Part shown: positions 13,146-27,791 of the stretch, piece after piece
How the letters are laid out: every line of letters starts with the position of its first letter
Numbering within the stretch: the stretch's first letter is position 1
Source: Octopus vulgaris
Lineage: Eukaryota
Assembly: GCA_951406725.2 (NCBI GenBank)
Contig: OX597819.1
Span: 130,014,001 to 130,078,000, forward strand
DNA: 64,000 bases
Direction: 5' to 3'
Notes under the pieces: generated by a model
The model's input: the letters and a program-made list of their open reading frames with translations, nothing else
The model's database searches: none
Told to the model about the DNA's origin: nothing
Made by a program: the position numbers and the translations under genes

Positions 13146-13848
13146 TGACCATCAAAATAACTTATCGTTAAATGATCTGATCTTTGTGTTCCGAGATCAA
13201 ATCCCATCATAGCCTACTTGAGTAATAAAACTTAATCCATCGCCACCCATCTGGTACCTTGGTTGCTTTTAGCGTCGTCCCCTCTGTTGAAAGATTCGTA
13301 CCTCTCTCCCACCTCAAACGCTCAATAAAATGTCACGCACTCTGCGCTTCACCACCGACTAACGGATAAAAACAGGAAAATCTGTGGACACGTTTCCGTT
13401 ATTTTGGGCCGTACCAATATAATGTATTTGATCACTTGGTAGCAAGATTATATTTTTAAGAGAGAGAGAGAGAGGGGGGAGGGAGAGAGAGAGACGGACA
13501 GATGGACAGACAGACTGAGAAACAGGTAGAGAGAGAGAGAGAGAGAGAAAGATAGAGAGAGCTACAAATAATTATTGTTTTCTTTCTACAATTAATTTAA
13601 GTTAATTGAGAATTATTTCGTACGTCATTCGTCGGAACCAGCCCTTAATTTCTTTTTCAAAAGTTACATTGCCGAATTAGAAGAGCCGTGGTGTAATTGC
13701 GTTAGATATGTTTGGATATCAGTCTGGGAATGGCATTAATTCTTGGAGAGTCCGAGGAGAGTGTAGGGGCAATGGCCGAAAAGAGGGGTGTAGGAAACTA
13801 TACCCCCACACAGTGAGACACACACTACCCACACTCAAACACATGCAC

Positions 13849-13881
<33 letters not shown>

Positions 13882-14025
13882 TGTATGTATGTATGTACGG
13901 CCAGGGTTGAGGAAGCTGTGAAAGGGTCCACGTTTGAATAAGCTAAAGAAACCCTCTAAAAGTAGTGTGCAGAAATTGAAAGAAAAGAATTGGATTATAA
14001 ATTAATAAATTTTATATAGATGCCT

Positions 14026-14089
<64 letters not shown>

Positions 14090-15720
14090 GCACCGCATAT
14101 ACTCACAGTTATGTATGTATGTATGTACGTATGTATGTATGTATGTATGAATGATTGTATGTATGTATGTATGAATGTGTGTGTGTGTATGTATGCATGT
14201 ATGTATGTATGTATGTATGCATATATGTATGTATGCATGTATGTATGTATGTATGTATGAATGTGTGTGTGTGTGTGTGTGCATGTATGTATGTATGTAT
14301 GTATGTGTGAATGTATGTATGTATGTATGTATGTATGTATATACGGGCGTGTGAGTGTATTAGTGGACAGAAACAACAAAAACGGATAGAAAAACAGACA
14401 AAGAGAAAGTGAGAGAATTGATAAAAGATGGCGTGAGGGATGTGGAAGTAAACAGCGAGAGAGAGAATGTGAGAAGGACGAGGTGGAAGAGGTGGAGGAG
14501 GAGGAGGAGGAAGTGATTATGGTTGTGGTGGCGGTGGTGTTGTTCCTGCTGGTGGTGGTGTCGACGGCAAAGGTGGCGAGTTGAGCAAGACACAATAAAT
14601 AGATTAGAAGGGAATTACATTAACTGCATTTAAAGCCAAGTCCGATAACTGCTTCCACTTCCGCCCGCTTACAATCCGCAAACGAAAGTCTTCCCCATGA
14701 TTTTAGGAGAGGTCGGGTAGAGGTTGTAGTAGAGGTAGTAATAACGTCAGTGGTGGGGGGTGGGTAATGGTGGTTGTGGTCGTAGTATTGTTGATCATAA
14801 TGGTGATTGGTAGCGGTGGCGGTGGTAGTTGTGGTGGTGAGGATGTTTGCAGTAGATGTGATAATGGTGGTAGTGATAGTAACTGTTTTTTTATGTGGTT
14901 GCTGTGGTGGTAGTGGTGGTGATGGCGATCGTGGTTTTATTGTGTTGGTCGTGATATTTGCTACAGTCATGTTTGTTGTGATGATGATTGCTATAGTTAG
15001 TTTTGTCGTTGTGGTGGTCGTGGTGGCAAAAGTTTTAGTGTTGGTCATGGTTAAATTCATAAATTCAATTAAACCAAATGTAGAATATAAACCGGTATTT
15101 ACTCATTTAATAGTCTCGAAGGATGAAAACCAAAGCCGATTCTCGCGGGAATAGATCCAGAATAACAGATGTTAATTTGTAAGTTATTTTATAGAATTCT
15201 TCAGATTTTACGAACTCTATAAGTGCAGGAACGAAAATTGCTGAGGTGCTGGGGGGATGCAAACCTAGATTTGCAGGAGGATGTTCAAAGCATTTTTATT
15301 GCCCAACAAAAATTGAGGGGTGAACTTGCACTCTTTATACTCGTTGTTCCTAAGCCTATGTACGACTCATCTGCTGTTGCGACAAGCAGATATATAACAA
15401 GGAATCCGCTCCCAGGAATCGAACCACCTATGCTCTCGTCTCCTGAGTAAAAGTTCTACTTTTTTTAAAAATAAAGTTCTTGAGTTGAATAATTCTGAAG
15501 TTGAACAATTCTGGAATTGAAATTCACAGCATGAATATATCAACCAGCCTTAATCCAGTGGGCCTATCATCAAAAGCGTTCTAACCGTGGCCATCTCGCC
15601 AATTGAGAGGTATTTTGGTCTATATCGTCCAAAGTGTCTTTATTTGTTGTTGTTGTGGTTGTTGCTGTTCAACCCTAGGGCTGTTCTGATAAAGCTGACC
15701 TATGATCAAAGATCAGACCA

Positions 15721-16021
15721 GTGGAGGCACATGGCCTAGTGGTTAGAGCAGCGGACTCACGGTCGAAAGATTGCGGGTTCGAATCTCAGAACGGGCGATG
15801 TATGTGTTTATGGGCGAAACACCTAAGCTTCCCGCGGCTCCGGCAGAAGGTAATGGCGAACTTCTGCTAACTCTTTCGCCACAACTTTCTCTCGCTCTTT
15901 CATCTTGCAGCTCACCTGCGACGGACCGGCGTCCCGTCCAGATGGGTACCTATACGCCAAGGAAACAGGGAAACCGGGGCTCTTATGAGCCAGGCGTGGC
16001 TCGAGAAGGAACAAACAAACA
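15721..16021 (+). mobile_element. SINE family C (tRNA-Arg-like head), tail 1, with TSD
   Basis: tggcctagtggttag...gggttcgaatctc head, (aaac)n tail, and TSD aaagatcagaccag/aaagatctgaccag. Inserted into an older repeat. Confidence 0.85.
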
Positions 16022-16881
16022 AAAGATCTGACCAGCCATGACTGTCTTGTCTTTCGACTACAAAATCATATGTCTTTTGTTTTTAAAGACTCTATGTTAC
16101 TGAAGGAGATTTTACTGCTATATCTAGCATACCAAGAGCCATATAGTGGTTCATTTGACGGTTCGTACAGGTCAGGACCACTTCTGATCATACAGAACTA
16201 TGATCAAAAAGCTTTCCTGTTTTTTCCATATATTTTTGCGGCACAGTCTTTCTTGCTGTTTTTTTTTTGTCTTCAAAAGCGTGACTTTTGGCTACTATTT
16301 CTAGCAGATCGATTTGTTACCTCGTTGGTTCGAATTGTTACTTAGTTCCATATCAACCCTGGTCAAGGACGCCTAAATTCAAACAAGTTACTGCCATTGT
16401 CATCCCATCTCATTTCCTGACGTCAATATATCTAAGACTACATTATTGAATGACATTTTTACTTTTTAAGACAAGGCGTTATTTGAGGGAGAATAGGCTG
16501 TTATTTCTAGCAGGCCGAACCTCCACATGAAGACTCCCTCGTTGGCTGATGGTGATTACATTAAAAGCGGTGAGGGAAAATATTAGAAAAGGCAACAGTG
16601 AAAACAGCAGCGGAGACGGCGACGGTAGCTGAGACGATGGCCGCGGTTCAGAGAGAAAGAGCGAAGGAGAGAGTGGGGGTTGGGGGGTGGAAAACCTTCA
16701 TCATACGTTACAATTGAGGGCTGCCCGACGTTAATATGATTTAACCCGTGTGATTAGCGCTAGATAAACAGGAACGGGCTGTTGTGTAATAATAGACTGA
16801 GCTAATTCAATAAAATACGGCTTTCAATACATTGTGAAAAGCCTTAACTTAGTTGAGGAGGCCTGTGAGGTGATGGTAGTG

Positions 16882-17047
16882 CTGGTGGTGGATGGGGTCC
16901 TGGTGGTGGAGGGGTTCCTGGTGGTGGAGGGGATCCTGGTGGTGGAGGGGTTCCTGGTGGTGGATGGGTTCCTGGTGGTGGAGGGGATCCTTGTGGTGGA
17001 GGGGTTCCTGGTGGTGGATGGGTTCCTGGTGGTGGAGGGATTCCTGG
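16882..17047. repeat. G-rich 18-bp minisatellite, about 9 units
   Basis: Variants of ctggtggtggaggggttc. Confidence 0.9.
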
Positions 17048-18184
17048 GAAGGGGTGGTGTAGATGGTATAGTGATGGTAGGTGTGGTGGTGATAATGGTA
17101 CTGGAAGGTGGTCGTAGTTGATGGTAGTAGAGATGGTAGGTGAGGTGGTGTTCTTCTGGTGGTGTGTGTGGTTATGATGTGATTGAGCGTGGCGGTGGAA
17201 AATTTTGTGGGTAACGATGATTGTGATAATAAAAATGAGGGTAGGGATGTGTGCGTGTGTGTGGGGGGGTGTGCTTGGTGGCGCTAGTGGTTGTGATGGT
17301 GTTGGTTGGGGCTGGTATTGGTGGCTTGTGGATTCTAGTGGTTGGGGTGATTGTTGGAGTTATTGTGCTAGTATGTGGTGATAGGGATGGAAGTTGTGGA
17401 TTCGATGGTGGTGGTGTTCTGTGTTCATGGAGGTGATGATGGCGGTGGTGATAATAGTGGTGGTGGTGGTGGTGGAGATGATGTGTGTGATGATGATGAT
17501 GATGATGATGATGACGATGGTAGTAGTGATGGTGACGATCGTAAAGGTATCGGTCTGAAGTGTTGCTGTTATGGTGGCGTTTGATGACGGTGACGGAAGC
17601 CATGAAGATGGTAGTGGTGATGATGGTGGTGGTGGTGGTGGTGGCAAAGAGAAGTAGCAGCAGCAGTAGTAGTAGTGGTGGTAGAGTTGTAGTTGTTGTA
17701 AAACGATAGTAGTAGTAATACACATGGCATAACAGTATAGCAATAACAGTGATGGTTGTAGCCTTAGTTTTTGCTAATGTTGTTGTTGTTATTGCGATTG
17801 CTCTTCTTATTTTCATTCTGGTGGTGATAGTGGTGGTGGTGGTGGTGATAATTTTTTTTTCGCTGCTATTACTGCCGACAGCGTTGTTTTGACGGTGAAG
17901 ACGGTGGTTAGAGTCACCTTGCCTTAAGAACCGAAAGAAGAACCATTGGTGGCCAACTTAATAAAGTTAGATTTCTGTATATTGTGTTCGTTGATTGGTT
18001 GGATTGATGGTTAAATGGATTGTTAGATGGTCGGTTAGTTGAATGGTGGAAATGAAGGGCAAGATGGAGGATGGGATCACAGACCGCTGAATAGGTAGAG
18101 ATATGTAAAAATGGATACAAGTCGGTGGATAGATGGATAACGTAATGTATAAAAGTAAATGTATGATCAAAGTTGTAGGCCACA

Positions 18185-18505
18185 CTCTCTCCGTCGGTTA
18201 CGACGACGAGGGTTCCAGTTGACCGAATCAACAGAACATCTTGGTCGGAAAATTAATATGCAAGGGACTAAGTGCTCTACAGACGCGCGTCCCCGTCGCG
18301 TGGTTCTCAAAGAGATTCGGCGTGGCATAAAACGTGACAAAGCTGGCCCTTTGAATTACAGGAACTCATTTTTGCCAGCTGAGGTGGACTGGAGCAACAT
18401 GAAATAAAGCGTCTTGCTCAAGGGACACAATGCACCGCCGGGAGTCGAACTCACGACCTTACGATCGTGAGTTGAATGCTCTTACCACAAAGCTACGCGC
18501 CTTCA
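18185..18505 (-). mobile_element. SINE family D (tRNA head plus CORE/V/Meta-like central domain)
   Basis: Minus strand reads tgaaggcgcgtagc...gagttcgactcc...gtcccttgagcaagac...ctccagtccacctcagctg. Relatives at 19231-19380, 26472-26662, 33335-33445 and 36185-36430. Confidence 0.75.
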
Positions 18506-18596
18506 GTTGTAGGCCACAGTTTCGCACCAAAATTGGTGGAATTTTGCATGACGATACATCTTTTCATGGAAAGGTTGCTAAGCTACGAGACTTTGG

Positions 18597-18922
18597 TCTT
18601 TTGTCTTTTATCTGTTTCAGTCATTTGACTGTGGCCATGCTGGAGCACCGCCTTTAGTCGAGCAAATCGACGCCAGCACTTATTCATTGTATGCCTAGTA
18701 CTTATTCTATCAGTCTCTTTTGCTGAACCGCTAAGTTACGGGGACGTAAACGCACCAGCATCGGTTGTCAAGCGATGTCGGGGGGACAAACACAGACACA
18801 CAAACATATACACATACATACACACACATATATATATATATACATATATACGACGGGCTTCTTTTCAGTTTCCGTCTACCAAATCCACTCGGTCCGAGGC
18901 TATAGCAGAAGACACTTGCCCA
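18597..18922 (-). mobile_element. SINE family B, partial
   Basis: Match as above. Confidence 0.8.
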
Positions 18923-19002
18923 GATATATATATATATACATATATATGAGACCAAATACACACATACATACACCTAAATATATATACATACATATATATC
19001 CA

Positions 19003-19139
<137 letters not shown>

Positions 19140-19990
19140 GGCTGTCTGTCTGTCTGTCTATCTATCTATCTTCCGCTCTCTCTATGTATAGATGTGTGTG
19201 TGTGCGTGTGTGTACCTGTATACATATATAGTGAAGGCACGTGGTCTAGTTGTTAATGTGTTGATCGCAAAATCGTGGTTTTGATTCCCAGACCGGCTGA
19301 GCGTTGTGTTCGTGATCAAAGGAACTCCCTTCACGTAGTTTCAGCCCACTCAGCCGTCGACGGCTGACAGAATGACCTTCTATTCAGTAGGTACGTTGGC
19401 CTTTCCGCCTAACAAGGTGAGTGGCATCATTCGAAAGCTACAACAATGCCGGAGAACGCATTGTGAACAGTGGTGCGTCCAGTGTTCTGCTCGATACAGT
19501 GATGTGCGCACACACACCCACATACACCCACGCACCCACACACACACGCACACACGCACGCACGCATGCACTCACACACATGCACGTTCTCCTCCCTAGA
19601 ATAAACACATAAATGCAAAACAAGTCGGAAAAAATGCTTCTCGAATACTTTCGGTAGAGCAATATACTTTTCTTATAGCTGCAAAATTTTCACAAAAGTA
19701 TTACTCTGTTCGTCGGACAGTTGTGATGAAGTTTTCTCTAATGTAAATTTTCTCCCATGTATGCAATTTCCGGGCATACCAGCACATGGATTTACAAGCA
19801 TATAAGTCCTTGCCCGCCTAGGTGACTTACATTCAGTCCTGGTAGGTACGTAATGTTGACAAGCCACATCGATGTCTATCTCTCCCAAATGGGATTGAGG
19901 TGGGTTACCTCACCTGTCCATAATTCTGAGGTGCTTTATTAACACCACGCTACCGGAAAATACACAAAACATATACGTTAAGTATATGTG

Positions 19991-20031
<41 letters not shown>

Positions 20032-20038
20032 CAACAAC

Positions 20039-20104
<66 letters not shown>

Positions 20105-20105
<1 letters not shown>

Positions 20106-20565
20106 TATGGTGTGCTAACAGAAAACTCAACAGTCAAGGAGAACCATACCCAACAAATTCTTCCACAGGCATGGAAATAGAAGGACGAACCGCTAGGAAG
20201 AGCAGCACCAAAACTGATACACATAGGAAATTAAGAAATAATACCAGATCGGAGGAAGAAAGAATGGAAAAGGCTTCTAGTGAAGTCATTAACACAATAC
20301 ATAAAAGAAATAGACAACAGGTATAAGTAACTGCACCAGAGATAAAGAATGTCCCTTGAACTCAAAATGCTAAACTAAGAAACTGGTCTACAGGTGCATA
20401 GTTACCTTGGAGGGAAAGGAATAGTTTTATACAAATATTTTTATATAAATTATGAATAATATGTTTTCTGAGAAATATAGGCATTGATATGAATTTTCCA
20501 TAGCATTTAATTATATCCCTTATAAAGTCCGCGGAGCACCGATTCAGAATCATTGAGTAAAATGG
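20105..20565. mobile_element. Penelope-like remnant (Zn-finger to GIY-YIG start), possibly with an inverted piece
   Basis: CTRDKECPLNSKC*TKKLVYRCIV at about 20332-20403 on the plus strand. Confidence 0.45.
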
Positions 20566-20569
20566 ATAA

Positions 20570-20609
<40 letters not shown>

Positions 20610-20674
20610 ATACATACATACATACATACATACACACACACTTAAGAAGGAAGGTGGGTAGGTAGGAAGGTAGG

Positions 20675-20709
<35 letters not shown>

Positions 20710-20801
20710 ATACATACATATATACATACATACACACACACTTAAGAAGGAAGGTGGGTAGGTAGGAAGGTAGGTAGGTAGATAGATAGATAGATAATAC
20801 C

Positions 20802-20875
<74 letters not shown>

Positions 20876-20982
20876 AAGAAAGAAAGAAAGATACAGATAG
20901 ACAGACAGACAGGCAGACTGACTGACAGACAGGCAGGCAGACAGACAGACAGACAGACAGACAGATAGACAGACATACAGAC

Positions 20983-21073
<91 letters not shown>

Positions 21074-21493
21074 CAGACACAGATAGGTGGATGGACGGAT
21101 GGACGGACGGACGGATATAATTCTGTGTAGGATGAGAGCTGAGAGGCACATAAAAGACATTTAGGTAGATAAGGAGGGCGAGAACGACAGAAAAAGTTAA
21201 AAGATCGGTTTTGGTCAAGAACGCATACAAAGCTTTCAAGGAAAGATCTTATTTCAAAAGGTCCGCAGAGAAGTTCTTGAATTCACAGCAATACGAGATG
21301 TCTGCGATACAGAATATTGTCTTCGCCACCAGTTCTTGTGTCGCTTCAGTTTAGGTTTACGCCGAGTTTCATTGAATATCCACATGTATTGTAACAGCTA
21401 TGCAACTATATATATATATATATGCACACTCATATTCACTCTTATACGCACACACGGACCAAGGTATTATATGTATGTATGTATGTAATTATG

Positions 21494-21527
<34 letters not shown>

Positions 21528-21597
21528 TGTATGTATATATGCATGAATGAATGTATACACAAAGACACATACACATATGTATTTATATATATATGTA

Positions 21598-21728
<131 letters not shown>

Positions 21729-21793
21729 GGATATATGCATGTAGCTATGTATGTGTGTGTTTATATATATGTACACACACACACACACACACA

Positions 21794-21841
<48 letters not shown>

Positions 21842-22547
21842 CACATGTTTATCAGTCATTTGCTTTTATCAGATATGTGTATATGTGTATACATAGACAC
21901 ATGTGCGTGCATATATATACTATGTATATATACGCATATATATATATATATATATATACAAACACATACCATTCACGCTGATCACGCGTGCGCACACAAA
22001 CACACACGCGTTCATTATTACATAATAATTAAATATATGCATCAATACACACAGAAGCAAATATCTAAACACATTAAAACGGTATGTAGATATTCACACA
22101 CATATACACTTTCATATACACATCATACGTATGTATGTATATACGTACAAACGCATAAAGGAGAAGCATTGACATAAGATATATACCTACATACGCATGC
22201 GCAATATTATCCGCGCAAAACTTTATATCCTGATTCGTTAAGAAGTTTTTGACAGTATTGAATGGCTGCTGACAGGCCCCTATCTCAGAACTTCTGATCC
22301 CTTTTAGACCATTACTTTCGATATGCAACCGTTTGCTGACCCCTGTTTTATAACTGTGAACGTGAGAAGCAGTTTTAAATAGACGAGGGTGGTAGAGATT
22401 GACAAGACAAAGAACCTCACACAGCCATCCACCCGGCCATCCACCCGGCCATCCACCCGGCCATCCACCCGGCCATCCATCCGCCCGTCAGTCCGTTCGT
22501 CACTCCGTTCGTCCGTCCGTCTGTCCGTCTGTCAGTCTATTTACCTA

Positions 22548-22617
<70 letters not shown>

Positions 22618-22629
22618 GCTATCTATCTA

Positions 22630-22696
<67 letters not shown>

Positions 22697-23370
22697 GCAC
22701 GTATAACTCTTTCACTAACATTATTTACTGTTTTCAAGTCTAGTACTATTTTATTGATTCCGAAAGGATGAAAGGCAAAGTCGGCTTCGGAGGAATTTGA
22801 ACTCAGAAAATAAAAACGGACGAAATACCTCTAAGCGTTTTGCCATCTCACCGCCTTACATTACTGAAATATTGGTTTCAAATTTTGGCACAAGGCCAGA
22901 ATTTGAGGGGAATGGCTCAGCCGATTAGATCAGCGCCAGTGCTCAACTGGTAACTTTCTTTATCGACCCCAAAAGGATGAAAACAAGTCGACCTCATGAA
23001 ATATAAACTCAGAACGTAAAGACGAACAAAATGCCGCTAAGCAGTTTTTCCCCGGTGTTCTAACGATTCTGTCAGATAGTCGCCTCATATTACTGAAATA
23101 TTGACAGGATTCACATAGTTTCCGTCTCTTTCCAAATTTCATTTACTCAGTTATTCTCGTCAACATTACTTATTCTTATATCTTTCGTATGAATGTGAGA
23201 CGGTCATGTTTGACTTGTTTTTAGCCCATGTCGAACGATCCACGTAGTGGTTCCTCATTAGCTAGTCAATATTACTGCTAAGGATGTTAATGATGATGAC
23301 GATGATGTCGATGATGATAGCTGTAACAACAACAACAACAACAATGTACAAGAAGATCAGCAGCAATGAC

Positions 23371-23738
23371 AGTGGATGCGCAATGGCCCAATGGTTAGGG
23401 CAGCGGACTCGCGGTCGGAGGATCGCGGTTTCGATTCCCAGACCAGGCGTTGTGTGTGTTTATTGAGCGAAAACACCTAAAGCTCCACGAGGCTCCAGCA
23501 GGAGGTGGTGGCGACCCCTGTTGTGCTCTTTCGTTCCAACTTTCTCTCACTCTTTCTTCCTGTTTCTTTTGCCCCGACTTCCTACGCAACCGCTGAGCCT
23601 GGATGCGCATTCGTCCATCCGTCGATGGTCTCGGTGTCGGGGGTTGACCTGCTTTCTCTTCTGCGGGTCTTACGAATAGCAAAGGACCACGTTTCGGACT
23701 GCAGACAGTCCTGAGACGCTCAACAAACAAACAAACAA
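23371..23738 (+). mobile_element. SINE family C, tail 2 (partial minus-strand copy at 34045-34295)
   Basis: Same head and body as 15721 up to actttctctc, then a different 3' half that is shared with 34080-34290. Confidence 0.85.
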
Positions 23739-24027
23739 GCAGCAATGGCAAGCAATAAATGGAATAACCGAAAGGCAAAGAGTGTTGCATCAAAAGTACG
23801 CAAACAGCCAGAACGAAATGAAATATATAAAGACAGAAAGGAAGAAATGATGAACGAAAGAGAGAGGGAGAGAGAGAGAGAGAGAGAGAGAGATAAAGAG
23901 AGAGAGAGAGAGGATGAAGAAAGAGAAATAAATGGATTCAGATAGACAGACAGCAGAAAGGACGCTAAAAAGAAACTGAATTCTTTGAAATGAGAAAACA
24001 GAGAAGCGTCTTGAGCCTTTTCAAAAA

Positions 24028-24508
24028 TATTGGATAACTTCCAGAAATCCTGTGCCTTGCAGTGATACAGATAAGCACTGCCAGTTCCGAGATAAACTCT
24101 ACCGGCACAGAAGCTTCGTCAAGCAGGACTGCCTGAGATGAGCGCAGAGCGACGAAAGCGTTCGGCATGCACTACTTGTGCAGCGTTCGAGTTACGTCAA
24201 ACAGCTATAATCGCATATGGGACGAATCCGTCTATCGACCGAAACCATCATGAGAGTAGCCCAACCACTCACCTTTAACAAGCCAGGGCAGGCGGTATCC
24301 TCTGTCTCGTGGCTATGGGAAAAGGGGTTGTGTGGTGACCAGGAAGAAAGGATTGAAGAAAGACACTTTCCTCACCGACTTTTTAAAGTTCTGCTTGGAA
24401 AGAAATGTGAAGGTGAAGAGGGAAGTGCTACATCCTAGTGAATTTATGCAAAGCTCGGTGACTGTGGAAAAAATAGTTTCAGTGAATGGAACTACACTAT
24501 GTATGCGG
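24028..24508 (+). mobile_element. Degenerate copy of the same Tx1-like LINE
   Basis: tggataacttccagaaatcc...gataaactctaccggcac...cagagcgacgaaa aligns with about 5921-6060. Frameshifts and stops present. Confidence 0.75.
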
Positions 24509-24793
24509 CAATAGGTATTTCGTCTGCCGCTACGTTCTGAGTTCAAATTCCGCCAAGATCGACTTTGCCTTTCATCCTTTTGGGGTCGATAAATTAAGTA
24601 CTAGTTGAGTACTGGGGTCGATGTAATCGACTATCCCCCTCCCCCTTCTTCCAAATTTTAGGCCTAGTGCCAATAGTAGAAAGGATGATTATTATTATTA
24701 ATATTAAGAGAGAGCAGCGCATGTCATCAAAGCGACACTGCGGTACAAATAATCGAAACCCAACATACCCGTATTATTATTATCTCAACCACC

Positions 24794-24825
<32 letters not shown>

Positions 24826-25567
24826 CGTCATCATAGCCATCGTCTTCTGCAACAAGACCTACTACAACCGTTGGCTTCATAATTACCATTTCCTTATCCT
24901 CCAGCACTTCGTCCATTCCTCTCCATGTTGACACCACCACCACCACCACCACCACAACCACCACCACCACCACCACCACCACCGCCGCTGCCGCCGCTGC
25001 CGCCGCCGCCGCCGCCACCTCCACCACCACCACCATATTACCGCAACAACCCTATCACCACCACCGCCACCTAGAAACACGAAACACCATCACTAAATCT
25101 ACTACAAATATCTACTACAAACACGCCACCATCACCGCTACAACCACCACAATTACTTCGTCCGGAATTGCCACCATTACGACCATCATCATCACATCTC
25201 CTACCGCCACCACCACCACCACCACCGCTCCACTTCACGCCACGCCACCCTCGCCCGTCACCGTCACTCATCCTTCGCTGTTCTTTCTCTTTCATGACAT
25301 CTTAAGATAACCCAATTGTGATGAATCAATCACATGCTGTAGGCATTCATTATCAGATATAGGGAGAGAGAGTGAGAGAGAGAGAGAGAGAGGGAGGTAG
25401 AGAAAGGGAGCGAGTGAGAGAGAGAGAGAGGAACAGAGAGGTGAGGTGGTGATAGTTGCTTTAGAAGTTCTAATGATGTTCTTCGTAGCCATAGATATGA
25501 TGTGTAGTGATGGTGGCGAAGGTGGTGGGATCATCATTGTAGTAGTAGTAGTAGTAGCAGCAGCAGC

Positions 25568-25633
<66 letters not shown>

Positions 25634-26084
25634 TGTTGTTGTTGTTGTTGTTGTTGTTGCGATTGTCTAGCCTGGTCTTAGACAAAATGTGACTCGCAGG
25701 ACTAGAAAATTTACCATGAATTTTTCGTAGTGCAAGTCCACTTCTCCAATAAAGTTGTTCGTGCCTGGGTAGGCTCGAACCCTAGGTGAGCTCCGATCAA
25801 ACAGACTGAAAATACCATGTAATGACTGTTCAATCCAATGTCTAGCCCAGATACGCAATTCCATCAATCCATTTATACTTTTATTCATTTACTTGTTTTA
25901 ATCACTGGGGTACGGCCATTCTGGGACATTGCTTCGAAGGGTTTAGTCAAGCGAACCAACCCTAGTCAAAACATATTCAAAAGTTGTTTTTATTGTACGG
26001 AGCCAGGAATTATTAAGTCAGAGATTCGTAAGCAAACGAACATCGGTTTTCAAATTGAGAAGAGACAAACACGAGAACAAATAT

Positions 26085-26262
26085 ATAGATCGTCAACCAC
26101 TACACACATTATTTTATATCCTTGTTTTTTCTGTGTCCCTTTCTGTAGAAGAGCGTAGGCTCGAAACGTAAAAGACTTTTTCTATTCCTGAGCTTTATAC
26201 TAATACATCTGTTTGTTTTGTACACCACCTGTCTTCGTCTTTTTTTTTTCGTAAACTCTCCT
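26085..26262 (+). mobile_element. Second copy of the 9820 mini-element
   Basis: Reverse-complement match to 9820-10013, followed by (TA)n. Confidence 0.6.
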
Positions 26263-26268
26263 TATATA

Positions 26269-26388
<120 letters not shown>

Positions 26389-26389
26389 C

Positions 26390-26470
<81 letters not shown>

Positions 26471-26701
26471 TACGTTTCCAGGTCGGTGGTGCGTTGTACT
26501 CTTAACCAAAACACTTCATTTTACGTTGCTTTAGTCTACTCAGCTAGTAAAAAACTGTACTTGCATTTCAAAGGCTCAGTCACTTGCACGTTAATTTCAC
26601 AAGCAGGCTTTTCCATGGAACGGATCAACAGGAACCCTCATCGTCGAAACTGACGGAGTGATAGTTGCACACACACATACACTTATGCATATATATACAT
26701 A

Positions 26702-27791
26702 CCTAGTATAGCCATAAATATTGTTAAAAAAGAAAAATTTGAATTTCAAAATAATGATCACGTTCAAATGAAATTTGGACATTTATTTGTGGGCTGAACA
26801 AAAAAGAAAAAAAAGAAAAGAAAATATAATTCACAAAATTTATTCAAAATATCGCCCCTCTGTTGTCGATGCAACGCTTCAAACGCCCTGGTCTTTCATC
26901 TATTGCCGTCCGCGCTGGGGCTGAGTCCTGCTGGAAGCTCCATTCTTTGCCATTGAACAAGGCTTTGTTAAGGCTCTTGGCTTTACCCTCAGGACGTCAG
27001 TGATGTACGAGCCATGGCTTTCACCCCTTTTTCACATAAATGCAGCTCATTCACCTCTTCGTAAGAAACACTCAACCAAACCATGACTGAGGCAGGGTGA
27101 TGGCCTTTTTGAACTTTGTGAACGATCTCAGAAGCTTCATTAGAGCTGTGGTTATACACCCTGTTATTTTGCCGGTTGTAGCTTTCTCTTACATGGAAGA
27201 AACTCTCTGGATCTAGTCACCCTGATCGCTTTCAATGAAGAAATTAACATGTATCCTGTCCGGTGATGATAGGCACGCTTCTCTAGATCTGCCCTCATTA
27301 AACCTAGACATTGATCTGGGTGAAATTTCCATCTCTCTACCATGATGTTTGCTTTCTCAGAGGATTCCTTCGAATTCTGGCTCCAGCATCTTTGAACTTC
27401 TTGGGGGGTCCTCACAGTGCGAGGACGACTTTCCGGAGGATTCCTTCGAATTCTGGCTCCAACATCTTTGACCTTCTTGAGGGTCCTTACAGTGCGAGGA
27501 CGACCTTCCCTTGGAATGTCATCGATAATCTGATTTCTGCCAACCTCTTTATAGTGTGATATACAAACATTTTGCTAATTCCCATCGGTTCAAGCAGTTT
27601 GAAAATGGTGGACGCATCGTGACCTGCCCTGTGAAGATCAACTGCAATTATACGGTCTTCTTTGACACTCCATTCCATTGTTAAATAGGAAAATTAGTTT
27701 AAGTCAATACCCGAGGGAAAATATTTTAAGTGCAAAACCCTACGAAAAATTAAAGGAGAATATTTGTAACAGTATTTATGGCTATACCAGG
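26702..27791 (-). mobile_element. Tc1/mariner transposon, Bmmar1-like (maT/DD37D), defective
   Basis: 25-bp TIRs match 23/25 (26702-26726 and 27767-27791) with TA on each side. Transposase pieces: MEWSVKEDRI...GISKMFVY, VQKGHHPASVMVW, WSFQQDSAP, RLKRCI. Has an internal deletion and a ~77-bp duplication at 27360-27505. Confidence 0.9.

Noticed and set aside
15721-15795. tRNA-like sequences (also 23371, 18430-18505, 39003)
   Set aside because: They are SINE heads continuing into SINE bodies, with no complete cloverleaf.
16882-17047. Regular short repeats (also the 12-bp repeat at 22423-22480 and the 88-bp repeat at 47442) as CRISPR-like or coding repeats
   Set aside because: They are contiguous tandem units without unique spacers, in a eukaryotic context with no cas genes.
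20608-20795. 100-bp-period duplication of a composite microsatellite block
   Set aside because: Ordinary slippage or unequal exchange, or an assembly artefact.
22190-22340. Possible mariner C-terminal remnant (LKGIRSSEI...FLTNQDIKF)
   Set aside because: Too short and degenerate to support without a search.
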